A stretch of DNA of 63,978 nucleotides, counting the filler, from Octopus bimaculoides (lineage: Eukaryota): NCBI RefSeq assembly GCF_001194135.2. It is 5 parts of 5 records of this genome, joined end to end, with 100 filler letters (N's around TTAATTAATTAA, not from the genome) between each part and the next. Parts side by side here need not be neighbours in the genome. Positions count along the whole stretch, not along the records: positions 20,636 to 43,457 come from NC_069001.1; 4 more parts are not named here. One strand, 5' to 3'. The position numbers were made by a program, and so were the translations under genes. Of this stretch, positions 24,563 to 38,070 are shown piece by piece. Position 1 is the first letter of the stretch. Each line of letters opens with the position of its first letter. The notes beneath the pieces were generated by a model. The model was not told where the DNA came from. It searched no databases and saw only the letters and a program-made list of their open reading frames with translations.

Positions 24563-24780
24563 TGGTTAATGAGAGAGACGGAAGACGAAATATACGAGAA
24601 TATTTCTTAATCAGTACAATTGTTCCTTGCGCAGAAGAGACACGTCTACAACGACGGATGCTATTCAACCGGTTATTAAGTATTCCACCCGTGAGGGATC
24701 TATGTTAGAGTGGCCGAAACAATTGTAGGTGATTAATAAAGGTTCTTGCAACTTTCATCTTCCGTTTCTCTCATTAACCA
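24563..24780 (+). mobile_element. Small fold-back element with degenerate hammerhead motif (PLE pLTR-like)
   Basis: Outer 28 bp of the arms (24563-24590, 24753-24780) pair with 2 mismatches; homology continues inward to ~24626/24716. GAAACAATTGTAGGTG at 24716-24731. Confidence 0.6.
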
Positions 24781-27700
24781 AAATTATACATGCATGCATA
24801 TATATATATATATATATATGTACACACACTAACACATACTCTCTGACACACAGATATGTAGAACCATAGGTATGTAAATAGATAGATGAATAGATAGAGA
24901 TATTGTATTGGTATATACAACACAATTAATATCAAAAATATTTTAACTGTCACATTAATTCATAGTAAATTTAATAACTTTCAGAACACTGAGAGGTGGA
25001 TATCCTTAGACGGACTTCGAACGAAGCATATATCAATCGTTGGTCAACTGCGGTAATTTTTACTATACATGGTTTAAAATCAAAGTGTGAATGTAGCCTC
25101 TACGTGGTAATACCAGCCGCTAGAAACGGAAGCAAAATGTCTTTGCAAAGCATTCTTTATCCTCTGTAGGAAAAAAAAAAAAAAAGAAAACATCAGGTAA
25201 GTTAGTTGGGAATAAAAATATCTATGAATGAGTCGGTACGGACATAGCTGGAACAACTTTGATCATATTTTCACTCATGCAGAGATTGAAAACTAGACGT
25301 AAGAAAGAACACAAAGCGAAGATGCACACACACACGCACCTTCAATCAAATACACTTACACACACACACACACACACATTTGCAAACATACACACATACA
25401 TATATATAAAGGCATGTGTAAATGCATATGCATGAATATGTGTATGTATATATATATATGTGTGTGTGTGTATGTATATACATATATATATATGTATGTG
25501 CATATATGCACGTATACACCTATATGTGCAAATATGTATGAATATGTGTGCATACATATAAATTTATATATATATACATAAATGTATGCATATAGGCATA
25601 TACATTATGTAGATATATATGTACGTCCGTTCATTTATTCAAAAGTATATATGTGTATAATATATATATATATTATATATATATATATATTTATTTATTT
25701 ATGTGTTTCAGCCAAGTGGCTGCGGTCATGCTGGTGCACATATATATATAAGCAGATGCACATGTGGGTATTCATATAAAATTTTACACATTTATATATG
25801 TATATGTACATACATATATTTATATATACGCATTCATATAATTATATACACAAACACGGGCACACACACACACACATACATACATTCATCCATGCATACA
25901 CATACATATACACACACACACATGTATATATATATTCTTATCAATGTATGTAAATTCATATAACATTATACACGCTCATGTATGAATATATTTATATATC
26001 CCACAAACATACACGCAAAGATTCATACATACATGCATACATACCTACATACACTCACATCTATTTTCAGTTATTGAACTCTTACAAAATCAATGATCGC
26101 TCCGGAAATGTATTCTTATAAATGCGTTCACACTTTCTCTTTTCCCTACTCTCTCTTTCTCACTGACTGTCCCACTCTCTCCACCATTTTCACAATGACC
26201 CCCACTTTTTTCACACTTACTCTCTCTCCCCCCTCCCTCCTCCTCTCTCTTTCTCTCTCTCTGTCTCATTTCCTCGAGAACGCAAAACGTATTCCTCGAG
26301 TTTGGGCTCCGTGCCCTTATCCCGTAATTAAAAAAGGCGATGCAACCTTTGCGGCGGATTTTTACTCTTGGTGGGAGTTGAAGAGATTCAATGATTCTTT
26401 GTTCAATTGTTCATTATTAAAATTTCATGGTTTCTCATTAAACAAACAGTGACTGTTTCCCTAGCGCGACTAATCTATTTATATAAGATAAAAACCGATT
26501 GCACACACACAGACATGCACACACACATATACACACATGCACATGGACACAGACACATACATACATATGTGTGTGTGTATGTGTGCACACGTGTGTGTGT
26601 ACATAAGGATGGATATATATATATATTTATGTATAGATATATGTACCTATATACACTATATGTACCTATATACACTCGTATATATATGTGTATAATATAT
26701 ATATATATATGCAGATATATATATGTATACGCACATATATGTTTGTGTATATAGTATATATACGTAGATATATATATTTATACATATAAATGTATTATAT
26801 ATATATCAATATATATACATACACATATATGCATGTATATACATATGTATATATATATATGATATACATATACACTTACATATATACATGCATACATATA
26901 TACATGCATGCATACATACAGACATTCACAAGTATACATTCATTTGCACATACATAATACATATATAAATTCATTTACACACACATATGCATATTGTTAG
27001 GTCTCCTGTGTAGAAGTAGAGAGCATTAAAAAGATAAATTGTACATTTTAAATATTACTCTTCTCACACCATATGCCAACGATGTGTACTGAGTCTTAAT
27101 AAGTAACATTCATGTATGGTTTCACTTGGCTTCTGGCCAATTCTAAATTTGATTCTGTGATATCTTTATTGTGTAGGAAATATTCTGTTAGTGAATGTAC
27201 TAACAATGTTTGAAACGATTTAGAAAGAAAAACGAACAGAAGTAATATTCCTGATAAAGATATTGCGCTTGATAAAGGTCAGAAATAGCATATTATTCTT
27301 CGAGAAATGTAGGTAGTCTACATCTGCTTTTAACGAAATATAACTGAATATCGGAAAAAGTAAATGTTTGATCAGTAATACGTAATAATACAACGGCAAT
27401 AATATTACAGTAAATAGCCAATATATGTAAGAATATATATAAGAATTAATTTGATTCTAGTAAATGTTACATGTAATACAATTTGCCTGAATTTGGGAAT
27501 TAATTTATGTTGTTTTTTTTTCTTTTTGTTTTATGTATTCATTTATTCTTTGCTAGGGTCAAGGTCAGTGTTATTGAGGTTATTTATCATCAAAGGAATT
27601 TGATGTGTCACGCTGCATCCTTTTTAAAAGTGCATAAAATTAGTTTCATCGTCGTTTCTGCAAAAAACTGTTCAGGGTGGTTTGAAACAGATTTCATTGT

Positions 27701-28409
27701 TGATTGCTTCAGAATTCGACCGCCCAACCCTTGGTTATAGTTCAAACAACCGAGAAGAGCTTCGCTTTTTGGGGGGTGGATGCAGTAAACTGTACCGTAT
27801 GATTTCAAAGGGATTTGGTTATATTTTAGGGAAGCATTCGACTAAACAGATCTGATTTTTTTTTTAAATATACAGGCCTAATTTTGCTCTCTTTTCTGAA
27901 GAAACGATATGGTTCAATTTATCTCCCACACTCGCCTTTCTTAAAGTATACAAAACTACTTTGGTCGCCCTCCATCACAGCACAAGATATAGTGTATTAT
28001 TTTAAAGAGATTCGGCTTAATTTTTATGGAAGTATTCCAGTTATCACTTTTTTAAAGATATACAAAACTGCTTCAGTCTTCTTTTCTGAAAATGAGTACG
28101 ATGTGATTTGAAAACGATTTGGCTGTTATTTATGAGAAAATTTCAGATTTCATCGCATTGCCATTTTAAAAGTATTGAAGACGAACTTGGTCGTCTTTCT
28201 TTCAAAAATGACGGAGTGTTGGGAACAACTTTTGTTGCTATTAATCGAAGAATTCGAGGGATCACTCCAGGTCTTTTTCAGATTAAGCAAGATTAATTTG
28301 ATCATATTTGATCTAGCTACAGCCCCAAATTTATTTTAAAAAGAATACTTATATTTTTAGCGTTTTTTTTCCTTATAGGATATGTCATCCTGAGGCTATA
28401 AACTAAAGT

Positions 28410-28543
28410 ACAGTTTCCGTATACCAGGCCCACTGACAAGAGTTTGGTCGTCTCGAGGCTCTAGTGGAAAACACTTGACTAATGTGCCACGCAGTGGGAC
28501 CGAACCCGGAACCAAGCTTCATACCACAGAGCCACACCTGCGG
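28410..28543 (-). mobile_element. SINE S1, 5' half
   Basis: CAGTTTCCGTATACC...CTCGAGGCTCTAGTGGAAAACACTTG...GTGCCACGCAGTGGGACCGAACCCGGAACC. Confidence 0.75.
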
Positions 28544-28884
28544 TATATCATATTTGTGTATGTATGTGTGTGTGTGTGTGTATGTATATATATATATATA
28601 TATATATNNNNNNNNNNNNNNNNNNNNNNNNNNNNNNNNNNNNNNNNNNNNNNNNNNNNNNNNNNNNNNNNNNNNNNNNNNNNNNNNNNNNNNNNNNNNN
28701 NNNNNNNNNNNNNNNNNNNNNNNNNNNNNNNNNNNNNNNNNNNNNNNNNNNNNNNNNNNNNNNNNNNNNNNNNNNNNNNNNNNNNNNNNNNNNNNNNNNN
28801 NNNNNNNNNNNNNNNNNNNNNNNNNNNNNNNNNNNNNNNNNNNNNNNNNNNNNNNNNNNNNNNNNNNNNNNNNNNNNNNNNNNN

Positions 28885-28921
<37 letters not shown>

Positions 28922-30458
28922 CACATATATGCATATACGTACGCATCTATGCAGATGTATATCTGATTTATAAATTTATGACTGCATGCATACATGCATG
29001 TACGTGCATTCGTAATAAATATAAAAACGAAATCCGTAGCTTATCTAATTATATCTAAAATATTCATTTCAATAATGCACGGATTTCACTAATTCTTTGA
29101 TGCCTTTAATATCTTCATTCAATTTTCTAAAGTTTCCTCTATAGTTTAGGAAGATAATTTGTCGTAACATATTCTTTGTTATATTCGCTAACACAACATT
29201 CCAAAATGGCTGCTGTCTTCGAGTGCTGTGTACCGAACAACATTATGTATTTATTCATAGAGTTAATATGCTTACTATTTCATACAGGCATTAATTTTAG
29301 TTCGTATAAATTGATTTTTCGTTTTCTGCACTTTCTCTTACGCCACCTTTCTCACATTCATTTTGTCGTTATCTCTCCCCCTCTCCTCTCACTCCCCCTC
29401 TCCTCTCTCCTCTCCTCTATCTCTCCTCTCACTCCCCCTCTCCTCTCTCATTCGGTGGCTGTATTTTTCTGTCTTTGCTTCTTAAAATGTTACCTGTTAT
29501 TCTTTCGTTTTGTTTTGTTTCTTTTCTTTCTCTCTCCAGCGCTTCATCTGTTTCTATGTCACCATCTTCCACATGATATATCCATGCCTTTGTGTGCGTT
29601 TGTGTGCGTGTGTATCTGTGTGTGTGCTTGTGTTTATGAGCGTGTCTGTGTGTCTGTACACGTACACATGTATAGACGGACAGAATGCTAGACAGGTGAA
29701 ATACTGTTATTCAATCCAAGTTTGTGTGTGTGTGCGTGTGTAGCCCTTTATCCATCCCCCCTTACCCACTTATTGGTCTAAGTATTTATCTCTCTCTCTT
29801 TCATCTGTCCCCACTTCCATATACCTATCAATCAATCAGTCCATCAATGTATCTATATAGCAATGTATCATTCATCTGTCTGTCCATCTATCTAGCAGTT
29901 TGTTGATGTATTTATACATCAGTCTGTATGTATGCCAGTCCGTTTATTAAGGTATCAACCTTGATTATATCTACACAAGCATCTAAGTGAACATATTCAT
30001 TTTTGCCAACTGAGAATACGCGTCTTACCGTACCAAAATAGGTAACTACTGCACAGTTAGTTCTATTGGTAGAATCATTCGCTCATATTCTCCTTTAAAT
30101 CTGAATCACATTGTGCTGTGGATGGAAATGACAGAAGTATTTTCGTCTCAGATACTTCGAGGAATACAAAATAATGTTGGAGTAACTTTACTCTTGGGTC
30201 TACCTAAACATAACAGAGATGCAGCTAAGCTGCAATATCTTTGTATATCACAACAACAACAAAAAAATGAATGTAGGTCAGTTTTAAATCGAAGGTTTTA
30301 GATGTAAGTGCCAAGAGGTATGACCAAATTGGCTTGAAATTTTGGCACAAGGACAGCAAGTTCAGGGATGGAAGGTGAGCGTTCAAACTTGGTAGACGGA
30401 AATTGAAAGAAGTTCGTCGTATATATGTGTGTGTGTGTGTGTGTGTGTGCTTGTGTGT

Positions 30459-30770
30459 CTTGGGCAAGTGTCTTCTAGCCACGGGCCGACCAAAGCTTTG
30501 TGAGTGGATTTGGTAGACGGAAACTGAAAGAAGATCATCGTATATCTGTATATGTATGTATATATATATATATATATATACGTGTGTGTGTTTTTGTGTT
30601 TGTCCCACCAACCGATGCTGGTGTGTTTATGTCCCTGTAATCTAGCAGTTCGGTAAAAGACTCAGAATAAGTACTAGGCTTACAAAGAATAAGTCGTGCG
30701 GTCGATTTGCTCGACTAATGGCAGTGCTCCAGTATAACCGGAGTGAAATAACTGAAACAAGTAAAAGAGT
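30459..30770 (+). mobile_element. SINE S1 body and tail with internal microsatellite
   Basis: CTTGGGCAAGTGTCTTCT...GATTTGGTAGACGGAAACTGAAAGAAG...(TA/TG)n...CAACCGATGCTGGTGTGTTT...GTCGATTTGCTCGACT...ACTGAAACAAGTAAAAGAG. Confidence 0.8.
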
Positions 30771-30800
30771 AGAATATATATATATATATATATATATAAA

Positions 30801-31268
30801 TTTAAAATTATAATACAGGGTATCAAGAGATACCACCACGCTGAAAAAATAGCAGTCAAATCCTGACTCTAAAACCACCGGATCGCACGAAAGGTTGTTT
30901 AGGCGGGCTATTTAAGCTAGTCGTGTGCATACGTGCATATACATGTATATGTGCGTCCGTATTTGTAAGTATACTGTTTATATACATGTGTTTGTATTTA
31001 TGTACTGGAGTATATTCCACTGATGAAGGCAGAACATTATTATTTATACAAAGCCAGNNNNNNNNNNCATATTCCACTGATGAAGGCAGAACATTATTAT
31101 TTATACAAAGCCAGAAATCCAGGATTTGGAATTATCTTATTTTTACTGGTTCATTTGGTCTTCGTCAATCGTGCCGTGCGGACATTTATTGCGGTTTTAG
31201 AGTCAGGATTTGACTGCTATTTTTTCAGCGTGGCGGTATCTCTTGATACCGTGTATTATAATTTTAAA
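30801..31268 (+). mobile_element. Fold-back element with 76-bp inverted arms enclosing a hammerhead motif
   Basis: Left arm 30801-30876 and right arm 31193-31268 are reverse complements with 2 mismatches. Confidence 0.8.
31071..31132 (+). ncRNA. Candidate type I hammerhead ribozyme with palindromic stem III
   Basis: Stem I ATTCCA(31071-76)/TGGAAT(31127-32); CTGATGA 31077-83; GGC/GCC stem II; GAAA 31114-17; stem III ATCC-A-GGAT; triplet ATT, predicted cleavage after 31126. Confidence 0.75.
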
Positions 31269-31354
31269 TAATTATTACCTTTGATGGTTTTTATTCCCAT
31301 GCTGACCACTTGATAAGATCAATATTTTGAATATCGATCTTATCCTTATTTATT

Positions 31355-31409
<55 letters not shown>

Positions 31410-32871
31410 TAGCGTAGTCAAACGTTAGCTCCACCAGAAGTAACATGGTAACTTCATATTATAGAGAAATAGAACCTTCTGAGTGCAACTGCTCACGTAC
31501 TTTCATAATGGTGGCGTATTAAAGTATTACCGGTGATTCGTTATGAATATTCTCCTACAGCAATGATTGGAACTTCAGGAGGCCTTTCTCGTTAATAGAA
31601 AACTCATACTTGTTAAAGTGTTTCACGTGTGTTATACGTGTATTGTACGGGAAATATATGATACACCAGAGAGTTAGTAATTCAAGTAGTACACGCAGAG
31701 CAGCGAAAATATAAAACAAAAACGCATATATTCATTATTAATATATCATGGAGGTTTCATCATCGGAGAACATTGTCTCACTTTAGACGATGTAGTTTGT
31801 TAACACGCTATTTACCAGTGAAAGGAGTTTTACAGACGCTGTACTGAATGCGTTGTGTGTCTTCTCAGTTACAGCTAACAAACCGGAAAAAAAGAAATTG
31901 ATATTTCGTTTTCTTTTTCTTGTTTGAAACAATAAACAATTTTTTTGCTGATGTGTGCTAAACATAATAATTCTCGCAATTCATGGGGAAAATATCAATG
32001 AAGGTGGAAAGGGCTATAAGTGAGGGTATTCGGTGTTTAGTAGCTTCATGATAGATTTAAAGCTTCATACATAGATACAATAAAGTGTTCTTAAGAAGAT
32101 AGATTTGTAGGTAAACAGATAAAAAGAAAACGAAAGATATATATAGGTTGAGAGACTGATAGAAATATAGAGGGATGGATAGACATATATAAAAATATAA
32201 TATATATATAAACTGATTGATAGGTAGGTAGATAGATAGATAGACAGATAAAGAGATAAACACATAGATTAACAGATACATAGGTACCTAGATAGATAGA
32301 TGAATTGGTTGATAGATAGACAGATAAATACATAGATATATAACAGATGAGATGTCTTCAGCGCACTGTACACGCCTTTGATCATAAGCCTGTTGCATCA
32401 TGGATGACTTCCATGAGTAAACATCAAACGCAACAACTGCAATGCAAGACATGTATAGTAAGATCTATAGAAATTTCTCACTCAGTTAACCCCCACCTCT
32501 TATTTATTGTGAAGACATGAGAGAAGTGTGCAATGATATAGAATAAAGTGTAACGTCAGGTTTATATGTTGAGAACCGCCCAAATGAAAAAGAAGAGATC
32601 TGACCTGAGGAATTTTTAGCCCAATATTCTCGATTATATCCAGTCTAAAGCAGGTTAAAATCCGGAATCCGATTCGTACGAACAAACTCTAAATTAAGTG
32701 GAAAGTGATGGATCTACGTAGTGTTCCAGTCATTCTTCTGAGAGAAGATGAAAGGGAAATATTTGTTATCACTTCGGTTGTAATTCCGCACACAGAGCGA
32801 TAACAATATATTGACCACTTTCCTCGATTGGAACCATAGCAGATAGTTCAGTCATTAACTTATTCAGTCCG

Positions 32872-33370
32872 TTAAGGCGGCGAGATGACAGAAAGGTTAG
32901 CGCACCGGGCGAAATTCTTAGCGGTATTTCGTCTGCCGTTACGTTCTGAGTTCAAATTCCGCCGAGGTCGACTTTGGCTTTCATCCTTTCGGGGACGATA
33001 CATTAAGTACCAGTTACGCACTGGGGTCGATGTAATCGACTTAATCCGTTCGTCTGTTCTTGTTTGTTCCCTCTATGTTTAGCCCCTTGTGGGCAATAAC
33101 GAAATAGGTATTTCGTCTGCCGTTACGTTCTGAGTTCGAATTCCGCCCAGGACATCTTTGCCTTTCATCTTTTCGAGGTCGATAAATTAAGTACCAGTTA
33201 CGTACTGGCGTTGATCTAATCGACTTAATCCCTTTGTCTGTCCATGTTTGTCCCCTCTATGTTTAGCCACTTGTGAGCAATAAAGAAATACGTAATCGTT
33301 AGCACGCTGTGTAAAATGCTTAGCGATGTTTCATCCATCTCAAGTGTTCTGATCTCAAAATTCGCCAAGG
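32872..33370 (+). mobile_element. SINE S2, head-to-tail array (about 2 units plus a third head)
   Basis: TAAGGCGGCGAG...GTTAGCGCACCGGGCG...GTTCTGAGTTCAAATTCCGCCGAGGTCGAC...AAGTACCAGTTACGCACTGGGGTCGAT, repeated. Confidence 0.8.
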
Positions 33371-33610
33371 CTTGAGAAAACCGAAGGACTGCTGCACTAA
33401 GTGAGTGAATCTCAGAGGGAAATATGTTGAATAAAATCGTAATTAACTGATCATCCTATAATTTCTTTTACCTAAAGACAGAAACAGGTCAGCCACCCTT
33501 CGTATNNNNNNNNNNNNNNNNNNNNNNNNNNNNNNNNNNNNNNNNNNNNNNNNNNNNNNNNNNNNNNNNNNNNNNNNNNNNNNNNNNNNNNNNNNNNNNN
33601 NNNNNNNNNN

Positions 33611-33939
33611 GATCCGATGAACGGAACAGCCTGCTCGTGAAATTAACGTGCAAGTGGCTGAGCACTCCGCAGACACGTGTACCGTTAACGTAGTTCTCGG
33701 GGATATTCAGCGTGACACAGTGTTACAAGGCTGGGCCTTTGAATTACAGGCACAACAGAAACAGGAAGAAAGAGTGAGAGAAAGTTGTGGTGGAAGAGTA
33801 CAACAGGGTTCGCCACCATCCCATGCCGGAGCCTCGTGGAGCTTTTAGGTGTTTTCGCTCAATAAACACTCACAACGCCCGGTCTGGGAATCGAAACCGC
33901 GAGTCCGCTGCCCTAACCACTGGGCCATTGCGCCTCCAC
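33611..33939 (-). mobile_element. SINE S3 (tRNA-derived head), tail lost in gap
   Basis: Reverse complement starts GTGGAGGCGCAATGGCCCAGTGGTTAGGGCAGCGGACTCGCGG...TTTCGATTCCCAGACCGGGCG; body matches 58998-59350. Confidence 0.85.
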
Positions 33940-34599
33940 ACAACTAGATGACACAATATAGTAAATTATTGACTTAAAGACACTACACGAACACCCTGTA
34001 AATACATGTGTTTGTGTGTCTGTGAAAGCGCGTGTGCAGTTGAGCGTGAGTGTGCATGTGTGTGTTGACATGTTTCAGTTCTACAAACAGGAAAATAAAA
34101 AAAAGCCACGGAACAAGTGAAGAAAATTTTGACTAGACACACGTACATATATAGCTGGTGAATGAGATTTTGGTGGAAAGAAGGGAAACCAAAGCAAGGT
34201 ATTCAATAAACACTCTATACATATACATATTATATGTTTATATACACACACATATATAGGTAGTAGTAATCGTTTCTTACTAGGAAACAAAGTAGTTTTT
34301 CTCAGGACTGCAAAGAGGAGTACATAAGTTAATTGAGGCAGGGATCAAAAATAACTAGTTACAGAATAAAAGCATTACATTTGGGTGAACGACTCAACAT
34401 ACAGCAGTCCCCTCAATAAACGATCATATATAAAGAAACACATCAAAGTCCACAAATACATAAGAAAATATATATAAAAAAAATAAAATGCAACATAAAA
34501 CACACAAAACAAAAATTTCTATATATTTTTTTTTTCTAATAACATACAAATAATAAATTTGAGTTAAAAATACAACACAATATATATATATCTTTTTTT

Positions 34600-35499
34600 T
34601 TTTAATTTCATTTCGAATAGAATTAAGCGATTAAAAATTCAAAATAGACAAATAAAGCAAAATAGAATAAGATAAAAGGAAGTAAAATAAAATACTATAA
34701 TAGTCCATCTGCTAAAATACTATATCCGATGACAAAACTTTAAAATGGCAAAAAACTTTCAAATAATTTAACATCATTTAAAGTTATATTGGAAGGTTCT
34801 GTACTTACCTCAAGGTACACGTAATAACAGCAGACTTTCATAGGTAAAATCCGTTTCTGCTCACCAAACTTACAAAAGTTCATAAAAACCACTGGTCAAA
34901 AACACACACAAGCACCTATGTCCATTTCAAGGGTTCACCACCGTAGTCCGTACACGTCATAGTGCAATCTGGTGATGACCCATTCCTCGGGGTGATAATT
35001 ACTAACAAACATCAAGATATGCAAATGGAATTATATTTTAATATGACAGGCTTATATAGTGAAGAGGGAAAAACTAGTCCACGTCATGAATAAAAAAAAA
35101 AATTCAAATTGGCTGTAGTAACTAATACAATCGTTCAGGTTTCAAATCACAGAGACAAATAATCTTATTCATATTTATATTTTCTATTTTTATTTCTATT
35201 TCTTTATACGTTTAAGAAACGGATTTTACCTATGGATTCTACCTATGGATTCTACCTATGGAAGTCTGCTGTTATTACGTGTACTTTGAGGGAAGTACAG
35301 GCCTCCCTAATATAACTTTAAAGGATGTTAAATTATCTTGAAGTTTTTTGTCATTTTAAAGTAGTGTCATCAGATATAGTATTTTAGCCGATGGACTATT
35401 ATGATATTTTATTTTACTTCATTTTATCTTATTCTATTTTGCTTTATTTGTCTATTTTGAATTTTTAATCGCTTAATTCTATTCGAATTGAAATTATAA
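34600..35499. mobile_element. Large fold-back element with ~260-285-bp inverted arms
   Basis: 34600-34858 is the reverse complement of 35215-35499 (roughly 85-90% by eye). The right arm has an 11-bp CCTATGGATT(C/T)TA-type unit in triplicate. Spacer ~356 bp. Confidence 0.8.
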
Positions 35500-36151
35500 A
35501 CACATTCCGGGACTAACCGTGAACTATATAATTATCTGTTTTCAGCTTCTTGTACGTACTTCGATACGGAAAACAATGCACAAACCTTCTGCGCCAATAA
35601 ACCATTGTTGTTCTTGATTTTATTTATATACCTCTACAGATTGCTTGAAGCTCACAAACTTCTTACACTTTCATCCTTGGATCTTGCCTTNNNNNNNNNN
35701 NNNNNNNNNNNNNNNNNNNNNNNNNNNNNNNNNNNNNNNNNNNNNNNNNNNNNNNNNNNNNNNNNNNNNNNNNNNNNNNNNNNNNNNNNNNNNNNNNNNN
35801 NNNNNNNNNNNNNNNNNNNNNNNNNNNNNNNNNNNNNNNNNNNNNNNNNNNNNNNNNNNNNNNNNNNNNNNNNNNNNNNNNNNNNNNNNNNNNNNNNNNN
35901 NNNNNNNNNNNNNNNNNNNNNNNNNNNNNNNNNNNNNNNNNNNNNNNNNNNNNNNNNNNNNNNNNNNNNNNNNNNNNNNNNNNNNNNNNNNNNNNNNNNN
36001 NNNNNNNNNNNNNNNNNNNNNNNNNNNNNNNNNNNNNNNNNNNNNNNNNNNNNNNNNNNNNNNNNNNNNNNNNNNNNNNNNNNNNNNNNNNNNNNNNNNN
36101 NNNNNNNNNNNNNNNNNNNNNNNNNNNNNNNNNNNNATATATACGTATGTA

Positions 36152-36800
36152 CGGGCTGTCGTCTACGTTACGCAAAAATGAAAATAACACACACATTTCA
36201 TTTTAACAGATGTATGTATCGAAATTGGATCAGAATATCTTCAAGTTCAAAAGAGTAAAATTATTCAATAAAGACGCTATTGGCTTCACCCATGGCCTCC
36301 AGACAACTTTGGAATCTCCTGCAACTCTTCTGGACGGTTTCCTTATTTATGCTGGTGAATGTTGCCATAATCCTTGCGTTCAGTTCATCTTTGGTGTTAC
36401 AAGAATTTTTTGGGGTCTCTCGGTCAACTGCACCCCACACATAATAAACAAACGGGTTGAGTCTGGGGAGTTAGGTGGCCAGATGTTAAAGGTTATGCGG
36501 TCACAGATATTGTCTGACAACCATGACTGGGTTCTCCTGCTTGTGTGGCATAGTGGGGAGAACTGTTGCCCGACATAGGGTCTTTCAACATCCACCATCT
36601 TCACCCATGGCAGCATTACCTCCTCCAGGCACTTGATGTAGGCCACCGTGTTGAGTGTGAGGCCATGTTGGGAGCTGAATGGAGGCATAACTTCGCCATC
36701 ACTAGTGATCACTCCAAACACAATGATGCTGATTGGATGTTTGATTTTTATCAGTCTCAGTACATTTCCTCAGTTTGCACTTCCCTCAGATTGACAAGCA
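36152..36800 (-). mobile_element. Tc1/mariner (maT/DD37D-like) transposase 3' half and terminus, degenerate
   Basis: FGVITSDGEVMPPF...YIKCLEEVMLPWV...PYVGQQ...CHTSRRTQSWLSDN...WPPNSPD. Spacing of the last two catalytic positions is about 37 residues. Homologous to 60678-60922. Confidence 0.85.
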
Positions 36801-37929
36801 AACACTCTGAAATGTTCATATTGGAGATTCTGGCGCGAATACCAACGAGTACAGCATGGCGTTTCCAAATTTCTGGCAGGTTGAATTACATCATGATGAT
36901 ATTTCTTCTCACAGACAATGCGCAACTGACCCCACTATACTGTGTAGTCGACAAAATCAAAACAAACGATACGCATGCGCAACATTAAAGTATACAATGG
37001 CTTCTCGTATATATAGTAAAGCAATCTGCTTCAATGTTTGAGATCTTCATTTGGCAAAGATTGTTTTCTGGTTTGATTCTCTTGCGTGGCATCATAGGCA
37101 ATTATTCCAAACTTTCTGAGAAAAATAATTTTGCATGTATCTGCGTAGAAATTCATCTGGTTTATTTGTACATATATTTCAAAATGATTGTCCTTATCAC
37201 ATATTTCATTCTGCCTGCGAATTAGGAAGCCGTGAGCCATGACTGCAGAACTTTGAATCTCTAGCATCTTAAATTCGAGAGCAGGTAATATAGTTGATCG
37301 AACACCATAATCCTTATTGTCAAACGACTGATATGCAGCAGATTCTAACNNNNNNNNNNNNNNNNNNNNNNNNNNNNNNNNNNNNNNNNNNNNNNNNNNN
37401 NNNNNNNNNNNNNNNNNNNNNNNNNNNNNNNNNNNNNNNNNNNNNNNNNNNNNNNNNNNNNNNNNNNNNNNNNNNNNNNNNNNNNNNNNNNNNNNNNNNN
37501 NNNNNNNNNNNNNNNNNNNNNNNNNNNNNNNNNNNNNNNNNNNNNNNNNNNNNNNNNNNNNNNNNNNNNNNNNNNNNNNNNNNNNNNNNNNNNNNNNNNN
37601 NNNNNNNNNNNNNNNNNNNNNNNNNNNNNNNNNNNNNNNNNNNNNNNNNNNNNNNNNNNNNNNNNNNNNNNNNNNNNNNNNNNNNNNNNNNNNNNNNNNN
37701 NNNNNNNNNNNNNNNNNNNNNNNNNNNNNNNNNNNNNNNNNNNNNNNNNNNNNNNNNNNNNNNNNNNNNNNNNNNNNNNNNNNNNNNNNNNNNNNNNNNN
37801 NNNNNNNNNNNNNNNNNNNNNNNNNNNNNNNNNNNNNNNNNNNNNNNNNNNNNNNNNNNNNNNNNNNNNNNNNNNNNNNNNNNNNNNNNNNNNNNNNNNN
37901 NNNNNNNNNNNNNNNNNNNNNNNAGTGGT

Positions 37930-37989
37930 ATTGTTAATAACAACAGCAACAACAATAATAATAATAATAACAAGAACAATAACAACAGA

Positions 37990-38045
<56 letters not shown>

Positions 38046-38070
38046 CAACAACAACAACAGCAATAATAAC
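37930..38070. repeat. (AAT)n/(AAC)n microsatellite
   Basis: Directly visible; source of the poly-Asn and poly-Leu pseudo-ORFs. Confidence 0.95.

Noticed and set aside
27600-27850. YNQGLGG string reminiscent of piggyBac YNxxMGGVD
   Set aside because: No other transposase motifs or TTAA-bounded TIRs found.
35367-35373. CTGATGA on the minus strand of the fold-back arm
   Set aside because: No downstream stem II-GAAA or cleavage triplet; the partner arm reads CCGATGA.
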